This document shows, piece by piece, positions 1-10,587 of a stretch of DNA of 64,000 nucleotides. The stretch is from an uncultured Gammaproteobacteria bacterium. GTDB taxonomy: Bacteria > Patescibacteriota > Microgenomatia > UBA10105 > UBA927. The stretch lies in NCBI GenBank assembly GCA_964349125.1, contig CAYGFH010000001.1, forward strand, positions 772,801-836,800, given 5' to 3'. Every line of letters starts with the position of its first letter. Position 1 is the first letter of the stretch. The translations under genes were made by a program, and so were the position numbers. The notes under the pieces are model-generated. The model did not search any database, had not been told where the DNA came from, and saw only the letters and a program-made list of their open reading frames with translations.

Positions 1-21
1 GAATCACACCCAACATTATCC

Positions 22-1512
22 GTGATAAACCCAAAGGATGATCATAAAGAGGTTGCAGCAGCGATCGTTGTGATGCTAAGACCAATTTTTCAGCAGTACG
101 GGCATATGTCAGAACCCTTATCTCGTAAACTTCTATGTGTGCTCGCGGCTGATATTAGTGCCCATGACGAGCTTACCCATTTTGACGCGATTCTTTCAGA
201 TACGGAAAAAATTTTGGCACCGGGATTGCCAGAAGATGAATTGTATGCCCGGTATAAAAACGGTACCCTTAACAGGGTAAGCATTCTACCACAACAGTGG
301 CTTACGATTGTGGCACTCAAACATCAGGATATGCGCTCAGTATATGAGAAAAAACTGACTGAAAAAAATGCGGTGTATGACACGGCAGAATTTGGTGCAT
401 ACGGACTTGGACAAGAGCTGGAACATCACTTTGCGACACTGCTTGAAAGGATGAAACGCGATGATTCTCCAGGATTTGATCCTAGCTATGAAAGTAAAAA
501 GCACGAAATACACACTACTCTTATCAGATTTGCGTCGATTTTTAACACATCGGACACGTCTGAAATGGTTATACCTGGAAGAGCAGTTTCCTATGCAAGA
601 AAATTGAACGTACCTGTGAATTTCAGTCTGCCGATCGTCAGTAAAAAGGACAGGCGAGAGGCTCTATGGGAGGTGCATCCGAATAATTTTAATGTATCTG
701 CTCATATGAGAACTGTTGCAGAATTCGCATCTTTCGCGCGTATGATTATGGGATCAAAATTTAAGGACACAGATGGGCTTATTGAATTATATAGACATAC
801 TGTTTTATATCATTTCGCACAGTCAGAAAAAACTGTTGCGGCGCTTATACAAGGAGAAGCGGGATTAATCGAGTTTGATAAGTCTACTCTAGAAAGGGCA
901 AAAATTCTGGCGGAAAAGGCATTTAAAAAAAGTAAAAATGGGGCTTTGTATGAACGTTTTGAAGATGATATAGCGCAAGCCTCCACAATTCAGGAGATTA
1001 TAAAAATAGTTGACCATATACCCGAGAATACACTCGGAATATTATATAAAGGACGATTTATTCAACGGCTGGCACATATTTACAAGCAAACACAGCAGAC
1101 AAAAGAGCAGCTTGAGCGTAAAGATGGACCGGATGATCATAAAAAACAGCATGGGGCGAGTGTATATGTGTACGGATCAGAATACGTTAATATGGTAGCA
1201 TCTGATTTTATTTATTTTTGGGATCAGATATGCGCGATATTCGGTATGAGCAAAGAAGAATCAGACATCTGTAGAAACGATATGATATCTGATACTCCAT
1301 TTAGTCAATTACAAAAAAAATACCCAATGCTTCCAATTCCAGGATATGATTCTTTAGGGCATTTATCTGACGCGAAAGTATTAAATAAGAATAATCCCTT
1401 CGTGAACGTATATCATGAGCAACAGCGCTTAAAAGATGACGAGTATATCCAAGACTGGGTAGATAATCACATGCCATTGGAGGAGCGATACAGTCTTCTG
1501 ATTACTCACTAA
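22..1512 (+). CDS. hypothetical protein (496 aa), no recognisable motif
   Basis: Long ORF. Low-complexity-free globular sequence. No motif recognised by eye. Confidence 0.5.
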   Translation: MINPKDDHKEVAAAIVVMLRPIFQQYGHMSEPLSRKLLCVLAADISAHDELTHFDAILSDTEKILAPGLPEDELYARYKNGTLNRVSILPQQWLTIVALKHQDMRSVYEKKLTEKNAVYDTAEFGAYGLGQELEHHFATLLERMKRDDSPGFDPSYESKKHEIHTTLIRFASIFNTSDTSEMVIPGRAVSYARKLNVPVNFSLPIVSKKDRREALWEVHPNNFNVSAHMRTVAEFASFARMIMGSKFKDTDGLIELYRHTVLYHFAQSEKTVAALIQGEAGLIEFDKSTLERAKILAEKAFKKSKNGALYERFEDDIAQASTIQEIIKIVDHIPENTLGILYKGRFIQRLAHIYKQTQQTKEQLERKDGPDDHKKQHGASVYVYGSEYVNMVASDFIYFWDQICAIFGMSKEESDICRNDMISDTPFSQLQKKYPMLPIPGYDSLGHLSDAKVLNKNNPFVNVYHEQQRLKDDEYIQDWVDNHMPLEERYSLLITH

Positions 1513-2071
1513 ACTCTACGGGATTGTATGAGAAAGGGATTTTGAGGTCCGCATACTGAATCATAGGCTCTATGTGTTTCTGATGGTTTTTCTCAACAGT
1601 AATTGACCAGGATAATGTATCGATATCACTTCTGCCTTTTTGGACATCTCGAATCATGCGTCGGGCTACTCTGATTTCCCGTGGAGTATCGATATAAATT
1701 TTAAGATTACCTATTTCCCGAAGCGGAGAGTGGAACGCAAAAATACCTGGAATCACAATAAATTTCTGTTCTGGCTTCATCTGAATAACTTGTGTTCCAA
1801 CCCGATCACTGGTGACCATATCGTATACGGGGATTGTGACAGGATTTCCTGTTTTGAGCTCTGTAACAGCCCTGGCAACATCGGCGATATCAACAGACTC
1901 AGGCGCATCGAAGTCATATGAGCCATCCGGCTGTTTGATCATCTTGTCTTTCCCTATATAAAAATGATCCATTTCCAAAATAAATGCATGGGAAAACATT
2001 TTTGCAAACACAGATTTCCCTGAACAAGATCCACCGCAGATAAGAATGACCGATACAGTTGAATTATCCAT
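1502..2071 (-). CDS. udk: uridine kinase
   Basis: P-loop GGSCSGKS. Colinear blocks resemble E. coli Udk (PVYDMVTSDR, YIDTPREIRVARRMIRDV, QYADLKIP). Confidence 0.85.
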   Translation of the reverse strand: MDNSTVSVILICGGSCSGKSVFAKMFSHAFILEMDHFYIGKDKMIKQPDGSYDFDAPESVDIADVARAVTELKTGNPVTIPVYDMVTSDRVGTQVIQMKPEQKFIVIPGIFAFHSPLREIGNLKIYIDTPREIRVARRMIRDVQKGRSDIDTLSWSITVEKNHQKHIEPMIQYADLKIPFSYNPVEFSE

Positions 2072-2165
2072 ATGTACAAAACTGTAACACGAAATGTGTT
2101 GAAATCAAATAAGTGAGTTCACAAATGGCAAAAATTTTCCTACCTGACATTTTTCGCATTTTTGT

Positions 2166-2194
2166 TTGACAAAGTAAAAACTTTTTAGTAGTAT
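2166..2194 (+). promoter_or_regulatory. sigma70-like promoter TTGACA-17-TAGTAT upstream of pyrH
   Basis: TTGACA at 2166-2171, 17-nt spacer, TAGTAT at 2189-2194. About 50 nt before the pyrH ATG. Confidence 0.4.
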
Positions 2195-2244
2195 ACACAG
2201 AAGTGGCGTTGTGACGGGAAATGTTGTAATAAACATAACATCAT

Positions 2245-2949
2245 ATGACTCTTAAAGGCGACGTTGTAGTACTCTCTCTCGGTGGATCACTTGTTGTTCC
2301 CAATGGTGGTATTGATACAGATTTTCTTATTAAATTTAATACATTTATTCGAAACCAAATCTCCTCAAGAAAGAGGAGATTTTTTATAACGGTGGGTGGT
2401 GGTGGAACCACACGACATTATCAGAAAGCTGCACATACAGTTCGAACAGAACACATAGATGACGTTGATCTGGACTGGTTGGGTCTTCATGCCACCCGTT
2501 TGAACGCACAACTGGTTCGAACTATTTTCCGTGACATAGCTGATGCACGTGTGATTAAACACTATGAAGTTATTCTAAAAATAGACGCACCGGTGGCAAT
2601 CGCGGCAGGATGGAAACCAGGTTGGAGCACAGATTACTGTGCAGTTACACTCTGTCAGGACTACGGTATTACACAGGCAATTAACTTAACAAATATAGAT
2701 CATGTGTACAGCGCTGACCCACGAACGAACCCAAAGGCAAAACCTCTCACAGACCTCACATGGGAAACATACAGATCAATGGTAGGGGATAAATGGGTAC
2801 CGGGAATGAATGCTCCATTTGATCCGATTGCATCGAAATTGGCACAGGATCTCAACGTTACCGTAAAAATATTGAACGGTAAAAATCTGGATAATCTTGC
2901 AAAGGCACTCGACGGCGAAGAATTTGAAGGAACGACAATACGAAATTAA
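2245..2949 (+). CDS. pyrH: UMP kinase (amino-acid kinase family)
   Basis: GGS...GID..FL, VGGGGTTRHY, D.LG..ATRLNA and AAGWKPGWSTD blocks are colinear with bacterial PyrH. Adjacent to udk. Confidence 0.8.
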   Translation: MTLKGDVVVLSLGGSLVVPNGGIDTDFLIKFNTFIRNQISSRKRRFFITVGGGGTTRHYQKAAHTVRTEHIDDVDLDWLGLHATRLNAQLVRTIFRDIADARVIKHYEVILKIDAPVAIAAGWKPGWSTDYCAVTLCQDYGITQAINLTNIDHVYSADPRTNPKAKPLTDLTWETYRSMVGDKWVPGMNAPFDPIASKLAQDLNVTVKILNGKNLDNLAKALDGEEFEGTTIRN

Positions 2950-3018
2950 TACACTAGGCATATTCACTCTCAATTCCCTGTAATAATTTCACACGAATTC
3001 GTATGGTAGAATAGGCCG

Positions 3019-4089
3019 ATGATACTTGAACGCTTGCGTCTTTCTCATTTCCGAAGTTACGAAAAGCGTATATTTGAATTTTCCCGTAATACGACACTTA
3101 TCATAGGAAAAAACACCGCCGGTAAAACAAATATCATTGAGGCAATTTGGCTACTTGCAGTAGGGAAAAGCTTTAGAGCCGAGCACGATAAAGAAACAAT
3201 TGGCTGGGATGGAGAACTTGCTGTTATCCACGGTGATATCTCCGTTGGTGGTGATCAGGTACAGCTTGAATTATTTATCACTAACGGGATTGTACACGGG
3301 CAGCGCGCTCCGACGAAAAAGTACATGGTAAACGGTATTTCAAAACGACAGACTGATTTTGTGGGGACCGTCCGGGTCGTATTGTTTTGGCCTGAGCATC
3401 TGGAGCTCATTACAGATAGTCCCGGTGTGCGAAGAAGATATCTGGATAGTGTGTTGGTACAGGTGGATTATGAGTATCGAAGGAATTTGCTTTCATATGA
3501 AAAGGGATTACGGCAGCGAAACTCTCTACTGGACGCAATTTCTGAAGGAAAAGCAAACAGAAATCAGCTGCTATTCTGGAATCAACTGCTTATAAAAACA
3601 GGGAACTATATCACCCAGAAGCGTATGGAGTTTATTGATTTTGTGAACGCATACACGGTATCAGGAATTGCCAACAGAATTGAGTACGATAAAAGTATTA
3701 TTTCAATTGCCAGGTTAGAGCAGTATAAGCTTGAAGAAGTCGCAGCAGGATCCACGCTCGTCGGTCCCCATCGTGACGACTTTATAGTTCACAAACGGCA
3801 GGCGACCGGGCAGGATGCTGAGAAATATATACAGCTGAGCAAATATGGTAGTCGTGGGGAACAGCGGTTGGGAGTGCTATGGATGAAATTATCAGAGCTC
3901 TCCTACATTCAGGAGAAAACAGGAGTCAGACCAATTTTGCTTCTTGATGACATCTTTTCGGAATTAGACGAGCAGCATAAAGAACTGGTGATTGATGTTA
4001 TAGGAAAGCAGCAGACTATTATGACCAGTGCAGAAGAGGATATACTGGAAATGTTCGGGAAAGATGCCGTTTCGGTACTGCGACTATGA
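3019..4089 (+). CDS. recF: DNA replication/repair protein RecF
   Basis: N-terminal L.L.HFRSY...GKN.AGKTNIIEAIWLL..GKSFR Walker A/RecF signature. C-terminal LLLDDIFSELD signature. Confidence 0.9.
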   Translation: MILERLRLSHFRSYEKRIFEFSRNTTLIIGKNTAGKTNIIEAIWLLAVGKSFRAEHDKETIGWDGELAVIHGDISVGGDQVQLELFITNGIVHGQRAPTKKYMVNGISKRQTDFVGTVRVVLFWPEHLELITDSPGVRRRYLDSVLVQVDYEYRRNLLSYEKGLRQRNSLLDAISEGKANRNQLLFWNQLLIKTGNYITQKRMEFIDFVNAYTVSGIANRIEYDKSIISIARLEQYKLEEVAAGSTLVGPHRDDFIVHKRQATGQDAEKYIQLSKYGSRGEQRLGVLWMKLSELSYIQEKTGVRPILLLDDIFSELDEQHKELVIDVIGKQQTIMTSAEEDILEMFGKDAVSVLRL

Positions 4090-4913
4090 AAAAAATATCC
4101 AAAGAGGACATAGCATCAATTCACACGCCGGTGTCGACAAGTCATAAAGGTCAAAACGGCAGATTATTGCTCATCGGGGGGAGCAAACTATTTCACGCAG
4201 CGAGTCTTTGGTCACTGACTGTAGCCTCTCGACTTGTAGACCTGGTCCATTTCTCAAGCGTAGAAGAGAATAATGAATTGGTAAAATTGGCAAAGCAGGA
4301 ATTTAGAAATGGCATCGTTATCGCAAGATCAGACATCGAATCATATATTGAGGAAGATGACAGCATATTAATCGGTCCTGGAATGACCAGAGACAGTGAA
4401 ACGAGTGAGTTAACCAATAAACTGCTTCGTGCATACCCGAAGAAACAGTGGATAATAGATGCGGGTGCGCTTCAGATGTTGGATATTAACCTCATTCCTC
4501 CCAGAGCGATCCTCACACCGCACAAGGGTGAATTTGATCAGCTATGTGAACGCGCAAATATCACAATAGGAGAATCAGGCGACGAAGATACCGTTGCCAC
4601 ACTGGCGCTGAAATGCCATTGTATTGTCCTTCGTAAAGGACTCGTGGATATAGCGTCTGATGGAAAAGAGATATATATGATTGAGGGAGGGAATGCGGGT
4701 ATGACAAAAGGTGGAACAGGGGATGTCCTTGCAGGCCTTATCGCTGCGCTTTCCTGTACAAACGCTCCTATGCTTTCTGTGACTGCCGGTAGTTATATAA
4801 ATAAATATGCCGGGGACATGTTATTCGAGAGGGTAGGGCCTTTTTTTAATGCGTCCGATCTTGCATCTCAGATACCTATAGCACTGAATACGGTCTTGTT
4901 TGGTCCCAAGTAA
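4086..4913 (+). CDS. nnrD: ADP-dependent NAD(P)H-hydrate dehydratase (YjeF C-terminal domain)
   Basis: HKGQNGRLLLIGGS and GGTGDVLAGLIAAL motifs. ATGA overlap with recF. Confidence 0.8.
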   Translation: MKKISKEDIASIHTPVSTSHKGQNGRLLLIGGSKLFHAASLWSLTVASRLVDLVHFSSVEENNELVKLAKQEFRNGIVIARSDIESYIEEDDSILIGPGMTRDSETSELTNKLLRAYPKKQWIIDAGALQMLDINLIPPRAILTPHKGEFDQLCERANITIGESGDEDTVATLALKCHCIVLRKGLVDIASDGKEIYMIEGGNAGMTKGGTGDVLAGLIAALSCTNAPMLSVTAGSYINKYAGDMLFERVGPFFNASDLASQIPIALNTVLFGPK

Positions 4914-5213
4914 TTATTTTTCGAGGCGTTCAATAAGCTTGGATAAATTTATGGTTACCATAACTGCAATTGCGGTCACGATGACTGCGTAAATAACAAG
5001 CGAGACAAGTCCGCTACCTTGAGAGAGATATGGTTTAATATATGTCGTCACAAGCTCCTGTATGGCACTGTTCCACGCAAGCGCAGCCACCAATCCAAAC
5101 CCGCTGGTGGCGAGTGTGAGTATTTGTTTGAGCACCGCAATTGTTACTTTTTGTTTGACTTGCTTTTTTGTCACCATGCGGTTATTATACGGGTATTGTG
5201 CGGGAAAAGTCAA
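4914..5213 (-). CDS. small two-TM membrane protein, unknown function
   Basis: 99-aa ORF with two hydrophobic helices. The real start is probably at M13. Confidence 0.45.
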   Translation of the reverse strand: MTFPAQYPYNNRMVTKKQVKQKVTIAVLKQILTLATSGFGLVAALAWNSAIQELVTTYIKPYLSQGSGLVSLVIYAVIVTAIAVMVTINLSKLIERLEK

Positions 5214-5306
5214 ATGTTCTGATTAGTAATACCTTCCCTGCGAAGACGTTCAGGGTATAGTTCGGTCTACGAAAATTTCGAAGGTTCAATTTAGCACGAT
5301 CTTATT

Positions 5307-6350
5307 ATGTATCAACCAAACTTCACCATAACAAATAAAATACTCAAATACATCGGTATTATCGAAGCTGCCAAAGAGGTGATAGAAAATGCGCCCCTTG
5401 TTCCTGCATGGGAGGCAAAATTTCGCGAGGATGCTATGGTTCGCACAGTTCATCACGGCACGCATATCGAAGGAAATGAATTGACAATACATGAAGCTGA
5501 GAAGGTGTTGGCCGGAGCGAAAATTGTCGGTAGGGAACGAGATATTCAGGAGGTACTCAATTACCGTAATGTGTTGAAATTCATAGAAGCATACGAAAAA
5601 AAAGATTTAAGTGATGAGATGATGAAACATATCCATGCATTGACGGTACATAGGATACTACCGGATGATGCCGTTGGCATATTCAGAAAGACGCAGGTAG
5701 TGGTTAGGAATAGTCAGACTGGGGAAATCACATTTCGTCCGCCACCGTCAATAGAAGTACCATTTTTGGTCAGCTCATTTCTTGAGTGGCTAAATCAAAC
5801 AAGTTCAGACGAGCTGCATGTTGTACTGAAGTCCGGAATCGCCCATTATGAAACGGTGAGAATTCATCCCTTTTTGGATGGGAACGGTAGAGTGGCACGG
5901 GCAATAGCCACTATGGTATTAACAAAAGCCGGGTATGACATAAAGAGATTTTTTTCTCTGGAGGAACATTACGATAGGGAGCCGGTGGCGTATTATGAAT
6001 CTCTGCAGCAAGTAGGGAAGATGAATGGCAACCTTACTCCGTGGTTGGAATATTTTACTGAAGGACTCGCGATAGAGCTGACTCGGATAAAAGAAAAAGT
6101 TAAATCACTATCCACAGACCTGAAAATGAAGAAATCATTGGGTGGGCAGCAGATGACTCTTACTGAACGGCAAATAAAGATCGTGGAATTTATCCAAGAA
6201 AACGGATTTTTACAGAATAAGGCGTTTTTTGAATTGTTTCCGATGATCTCGGAGGATACCGTACTTCGTGAATTGAAGGACCTGATGAAAAAAGGTATAG
6301 TGAAAAAAGAAGGAACGACAAAGGGTGTACGGTATATACTAAAAAACTAA
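5307..6350 (+). CDS. Fic/Doc family protein with C-terminal winged-helix domain
   Basis: Fic motif HPFLDGNGRVARA. Confidence 0.85.
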   Translation: MYQPNFTITNKILKYIGIIEAAKEVIENAPLVPAWEAKFREDAMVRTVHHGTHIEGNELTIHEAEKVLAGAKIVGRERDIQEVLNYRNVLKFIEAYEKKDLSDEMMKHIHALTVHRILPDDAVGIFRKTQVVVRNSQTGEITFRPPPSIEVPFLVSSFLEWLNQTSSDELHVVLKSGIAHYETVRIHPFLDGNGRVARAIATMVLTKAGYDIKRFFSLEEHYDREPVAYYESLQQVGKMNGNLTPWLEYFTEGLAIELTRIKEKVKSLSTDLKMKKSLGGQQMTLTERQIKIVEFIQENGFLQNKAFFELFPMISEDTVLRELKDLMKKGIVKKEGTTKGVRYILKN

Positions 6351-6448
6351 TTTTCAAGCCAATGACCAAGTGACAAACACACGTATACATGAAGCCGATT
6401 GATTATTTGGGCGTAGTGTTTGGAAGTTGAGATTTACTTGTATCATAT

Positions 6449-6628
6449 ATGGACAGTGCTGGAATAACATATGCTTTCTTAGTCATCCCTTCGTTTTTTG
6501 CGCTTATAGTCGTTATACAGGGTATTGAGAAAATTACTAAACGTGACCCTGAAGGCTATGTTGCTCTTGGATTTGGCATAGTATTTTTTATACTTATCCT
6601 GGCTGCATATTTTCTGTTTATACGATGA
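6449..6628 (+). CDS. small predicted membrane protein (59 aa), below ORF-track cutoff
   Basis: ATG at 6449, TGA at 6626. Two hydrophobic segments (FLVIPSFFALIVVI and ALGFGIVFFILILAAYFLF). Confidence 0.3.
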   Translation: MDSAGITYAFLVIPSFFALIVVIQGIEKITKRDPEGYVALGFGIVFFILILAAYFLFIR

Positions 6629-6743
6629 GTGTAAGAATTACGAGGTCCCTTCTGTTTGGAACCGCGCAATGTCAGATGCATACTCGTATAAATGATATCC
6701 GGTTCGTTGTGTATGATTCGCTCCCCGTACTGAAAAACAGTAT

Positions 6744-8495
6744 ATGAAATTTTCTGAATTGGCCATATACATGCAGCGCATAGAGGAAACACCGTCACGT
6801 AATGAAATGACGGACATTCTATCGCGTCTGTTTGCCGAGGCGAAACCAGATGAAGTAGGGGATATTTGTTATCTATTACAAGGGCGAGTGGCTCCGCAGT
6901 ATGAAGCAACTGAGTTTGGCATCGCAGATAAAATGATGATTCGTGCCATCGCTCAGGCATATGATGTGGATACGGACAAAGTAACAGATGAGTTTAAGCA
7001 AACGGGGGATTTGGGAATAGCAGCTCAGCATATCCTTGCCACAGGTCACCATACGAAACATGCGGACAAGAAATTAGACGTCAGCCATGTCTTTGAACGG
7101 TTACAGATCCTTGCACATACATCTGGAGTAGGATCCCAAGATGAAAAAATATCTGTTGTGTCACAATTGCTTACCAGCAGTGATCCTCTCTCGGTTCGGT
7201 ATTTGGTGCGAATTCCTCTTGATAAGTTACGACTGGGATTTTCAGATATGACAATTCTGGACAGTTTCTCGTGGATGCTTTCAGGAACTAAATCTCATCG
7301 CGCTGAACTCGAGCGTGCCTATAACGTGAGGCCTGATATTGCATTTATAGCCCAGGCGATTAAAAAACATGGGATATCTGGCGTATCTCATGTGCATGCA
7401 AAGGTCGGTGCCCCGATTTTAGCCGCACTGTGTCAGAGAATCCCCACCGCGGATGAAATGATAGAAAAGATGGGAGAGGTTGCTGTGGAGCCAAAATATG
7501 ATGGAGTACGGGTTCAAATACACTATAAAAAATCAGGCTCAACAACGCATGCTATAGAGGTGAAAGCATTTTCCAGAAATCTGGAAAATACCACGGCTAT
7601 GTATCCTGAATTATCAGGATTGCCTGCAGAACTTCATGCAGATGAAGTTATATTGGATGCCGAGGCGATAGGTATTGATCCCAAAAGCGGTAAATTAGCG
7701 TCATTTCAAGAAACTATGACCCGAAAACGAAAGCACGATATTGCTGAAATGTCGACCCGTTTGCCGCTGCGATTTTTTGTTTTTGATATTTTGTACAAGG
7801 ATGGGACAGATTTATTACAGGTACCGCTTTCAGAGAGGAATAACATACTTACAAAGACCGTATTACCTAAAACGTTACTATCAATCTCTCCTCATATTGT
7901 AACCCGTAACCCTCAAGAATTGAGGGAGTATCATGATGCCCAATTAGAGAAAGGCCTGGAGGGCGTGGTGGTAAAAAAATGGGATAGTGGCTATGAACCG
8001 GGCAGAAAAAATTATTCCTGGGTTAAGTTCAAGGAAGAAGAAGGCAAAACTGGTAAGCTCACAGACACAATTGATGCGGTAATAATGGGATACTCACGTG
8101 GAGAGGGGAAACGGTCAGGTTTTGGCATCGGTATGTTTTTGGTTGGGGTACGGTCTGAAGAAGGGTTTCTCACTGTGACAAAAATCGGTACGGGTGTGAC
8201 GGATGAAATGTGGAAATCACTGAACACATCACTTGCGTCCATACAGGTGAAAACGCAGCCAAAAGAGTATCTGTCTGTGAACAAACTCTTTACACCAGAT
8301 GTGTGGGTTGCCCCCAAAGTGGTGGTTGAAATCGCCGGAGATGATTTAACAAAATCTTCAACTCATGGAGCTGGTATTGCTGTACGGTTTCCGAGATTGG
8401 TACGGCTTCGCACCGACAAATCTCCCGATCAAGTAACTACTGTTGAAGAGCTATCCACTATGTTTGCGAATCAAAGTAATCTTCAGGGTAGGTAG
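6744..8495 (+). CDS. lig: ATP-dependent DNA ligase (archaeal/eukaryotic Lig type)
   Basis: Adenylation motif EPKYDGVRVQIH (KxDGxR). Matching N-terminal DNA-binding domain and OB-fold layout. Confidence 0.85.
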   Translation: MKFSELAIYMQRIEETPSRNEMTDILSRLFAEAKPDEVGDICYLLQGRVAPQYEATEFGIADKMMIRAIAQAYDVDTDKVTDEFKQTGDLGIAAQHILATGHHTKHADKKLDVSHVFERLQILAHTSGVGSQDEKISVVSQLLTSSDPLSVRYLVRIPLDKLRLGFSDMTILDSFSWMLSGTKSHRAELERAYNVRPDIAFIAQAIKKHGISGVSHVHAKVGAPILAALCQRIPTADEMIEKMGEVAVEPKYDGVRVQIHYKKSGSTTHAIEVKAFSRNLENTTAMYPELSGLPAELHADEVILDAEAIGIDPKSGKLASFQETMTRKRKHDIAEMSTRLPLRFFVFDILYKDGTDLLQVPLSERNNILTKTVLPKTLLSISPHIVTRNPQELREYHDAQLEKGLEGVVVKKWDSGYEPGRKNYSWVKFKEEEGKTGKLTDTIDAVIMGYSRGEGKRSGFGIGMFLVGVRSEEGFLTVTKIGTGVTDEMWKSLNTSLASIQVKTQPKEYLSVNKLFTPDVWVAPKVVVEIAGDDLTKSSTHGAGIAVRFPRLVRLRTDKSPDQVTTVEELSTMFANQSNLQGR

Positions 8496-8553
8496 TTTTG
8501 AATTATCCTTTCCATATGCGCTATAATTCAAGTAGTCCTGTGAGGATACGTAT

Positions 8554-9732
8554 ATGAATATAGCGATCATTTCCGGAACATTCCTGCCTCAAATAAATGG
8601 CGTATTAAGCTATGTTCTAGATACGGCCACAGAGCTTGCTCATCGTGGTCATTCTGTGACCGTATTTGCCCCGGCACCGGCAAAAAATACCCCGTACAAT
8701 ACATCAGGCTATCCATTTTCTATTGAGCTTCTCCCATCTATTCCTGCAGTTGTGTATCCGGATTTGAGAATCACAAAACCCACGCTCTACCAATTTACAA
8801 AAATATTCAAAGAGAGATCCATAGATATCGTGCATATCAATGAGCCCTATCCGATTGCGATTGAAGCTATGATAGCCGCAAAACTATTAAAAATTCCTGT
8901 CGTATTGACATTTCACACATTTTATCTGGATAAGGATTTTTTGAAGCACTTTAGATTTAACACCATGATAGAATTCCTTAAATCACCGCTGACCAAACTA
9001 AATATTAATTTTCATAATTATGCTGATTTGATAATCTGTCCTTCACTTTCAGGACAAAAAGAACTTGTGTCACATGGGTTAACCTCACCTAGTGTTATTA
9101 TTCATAACGGCATAAATGACGCGCTTGTCAGAAAAGATAGGGCAAAAACACGGGAGAACGTGAGAAGACGTTATGGCATTGATATTTCCTCACCTGTTGG
9201 CATGTTTGTAGGAAGATTATCATTGGAAAAAAGCATTGATGTACTGATACGTTCATGGAGTATTGTTACGCAAAAAAATCCGGCAGCCCGACTTGTGATT
9301 ATTGGGTATGGACCAATGGAACAGTCACTTCGACAATTAACCAAAAAAATGAAACTTACTAGCTCGATAATTTTTGCAGGGAGAGTACTCAGACATGAAT
9401 TACTGACTCAGGGAATATATACGATGGCAGATGTATATGTCTCAGCAAGCAAAATCGAAAATCAATCAATGTCTATGATAGAGGCAATGGCCTATGGATT
9501 ACCCATAGTTGCTACAAACAAACGGGGGGTGTCTGAGCTTGTAGATAATACAAATGGTATTCCTGTGTCTCCCGGGTATCGCCCTCTGGCAAAAGGAATC
9601 CTTGCATTGTTTCAGGATGAGAAACGCAGGGAACAGCTATCACACGCATCTGTGCTGAAATCCAAACGACATCTTACGTCCCACACCATAGGCGTGCTGG
9701 AACATGAGTATCAGCAGCTTATTCACAGGTAA
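8554..9732 (+). CDS. glycosyltransferase family 4 (GT-B)
   Basis: N-terminal IAIISGTF.P..NGV pattern. C-terminal EGFG/E..A.G.P-like GT1/GT4 block (SMIEAMAYGLPIV). Confidence 0.75.
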   Translation: MNIAIISGTFLPQINGVLSYVLDTATELAHRGHSVTVFAPAPAKNTPYNTSGYPFSIELLPSIPAVVYPDLRITKPTLYQFTKIFKERSIDIVHINEPYPIAIEAMIAAKLLKIPVVLTFHTFYLDKDFLKHFRFNTMIEFLKSPLTKLNINFHNYADLIICPSLSGQKELVSHGLTSPSVIIHNGINDALVRKDRAKTRENVRRRYGIDISSPVGMFVGRLSLEKSIDVLIRSWSIVTQKNPAARLVIIGYGPMEQSLRQLTKKMKLTSSIIFAGRVLRHELLTQGIYTMADVYVSASKIENQSMSMIEAMAYGLPIVATNKRGVSELVDNTNGIPVSPGYRPLAKGILALFQDEKRREQLSHASVLKSKRHLTSHTIGVLEHEYQQLIHR

Positions 9733-9747
9733 CGAAAACAAGCACGT

Positions 9748-10512
9748 ATGAAGACAATACTAGATGCTCGTTTCACGAGTCGACAGATTCCTGATGTATC
9801 CATACGGTATCGCAAAGTCGGGGCCGGAAAGAAACTACTGTTTCTTCATGGTACTTGGGTGGATCCATTTATATTCTCCGAATTGTTTACTACCCTCTCC
9901 AAAGAATATGAACTATTGATTCCTGATATTCCTCCGTTCGGGCGTTCCCGATTGGACTCAATGTTGACTTTGGAACAGTACGCTGTGTTGTTTGATGAAA
10001 TGTTGGAGTCACTTGGTTGGGATTCTGTAGTGGTTGTCGGTCATTCATTCGGCGGAGGAATTGCCTTGCATTTGGCGGCAGTAAGCCCCAAAATTCGTCG
10101 AGTTGTCGTATGTAATTCGATTGGCTTGCCGTTCAGGCGGCCGGAAATACTCGGAAAGTATCCCAAAATGGTATACCGGGCGCTCCGTAACCTTTCTAAA
10201 GAACATGACAGCACGATTCTCCGGAGGCTATTAATTGATGTAGGACGCGTGCTGCTGCATAATCCGATACCACCGATAGTGCAAACCATAACACAATGCC
10301 TATGCGAAGAGAAAATAATACTTCAAAAAATTTCTGCGCCAGTTTATATCATTTGGGGAAAACAGGATGAAATATTGCCGTTGTCCTATATAGAAAAAAT
10401 TCAATCACTTGTGCCTCGTGTGCACGTCAACTATATAACCGGGCACCACAATTGGTGCCTTGTCGATCAGAAACGGGCAGGCGATCTCATCAGGGAGTCT
10501 CTTGACAGCTAA
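9748..10512 (+). CDS. alpha/beta hydrolase
   Basis: Nucleophile elbow VVGHSFGGGIAL. HG-like motif LHGTWVD. Confidence 0.7.
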   Translation: MKTILDARFTSRQIPDVSIRYRKVGAGKKLLFLHGTWVDPFIFSELFTTLSKEYELLIPDIPPFGRSRLDSMLTLEQYAVLFDEMLESLGWDSVVVVGHSFGGGIALHLAAVSPKIRRVVVCNSIGLPFRRPEILGKYPKMVYRALRNLSKEHDSTILRRLLIDVGRVLLHNPIPPIVQTITQCLCEEKIILQKISAPVYIIWGKQDEILPLSYIEKIQSLVPRVHVNYITGHHNWCLVDQKRAGDLIRESLDS

Positions 10513-10587
10513 CGCTTTGGCTTCGGGTATTGACTGCATTTTTTCATGCATGATAATGTGAATATAGAATAGGAGGTGAATATATAA

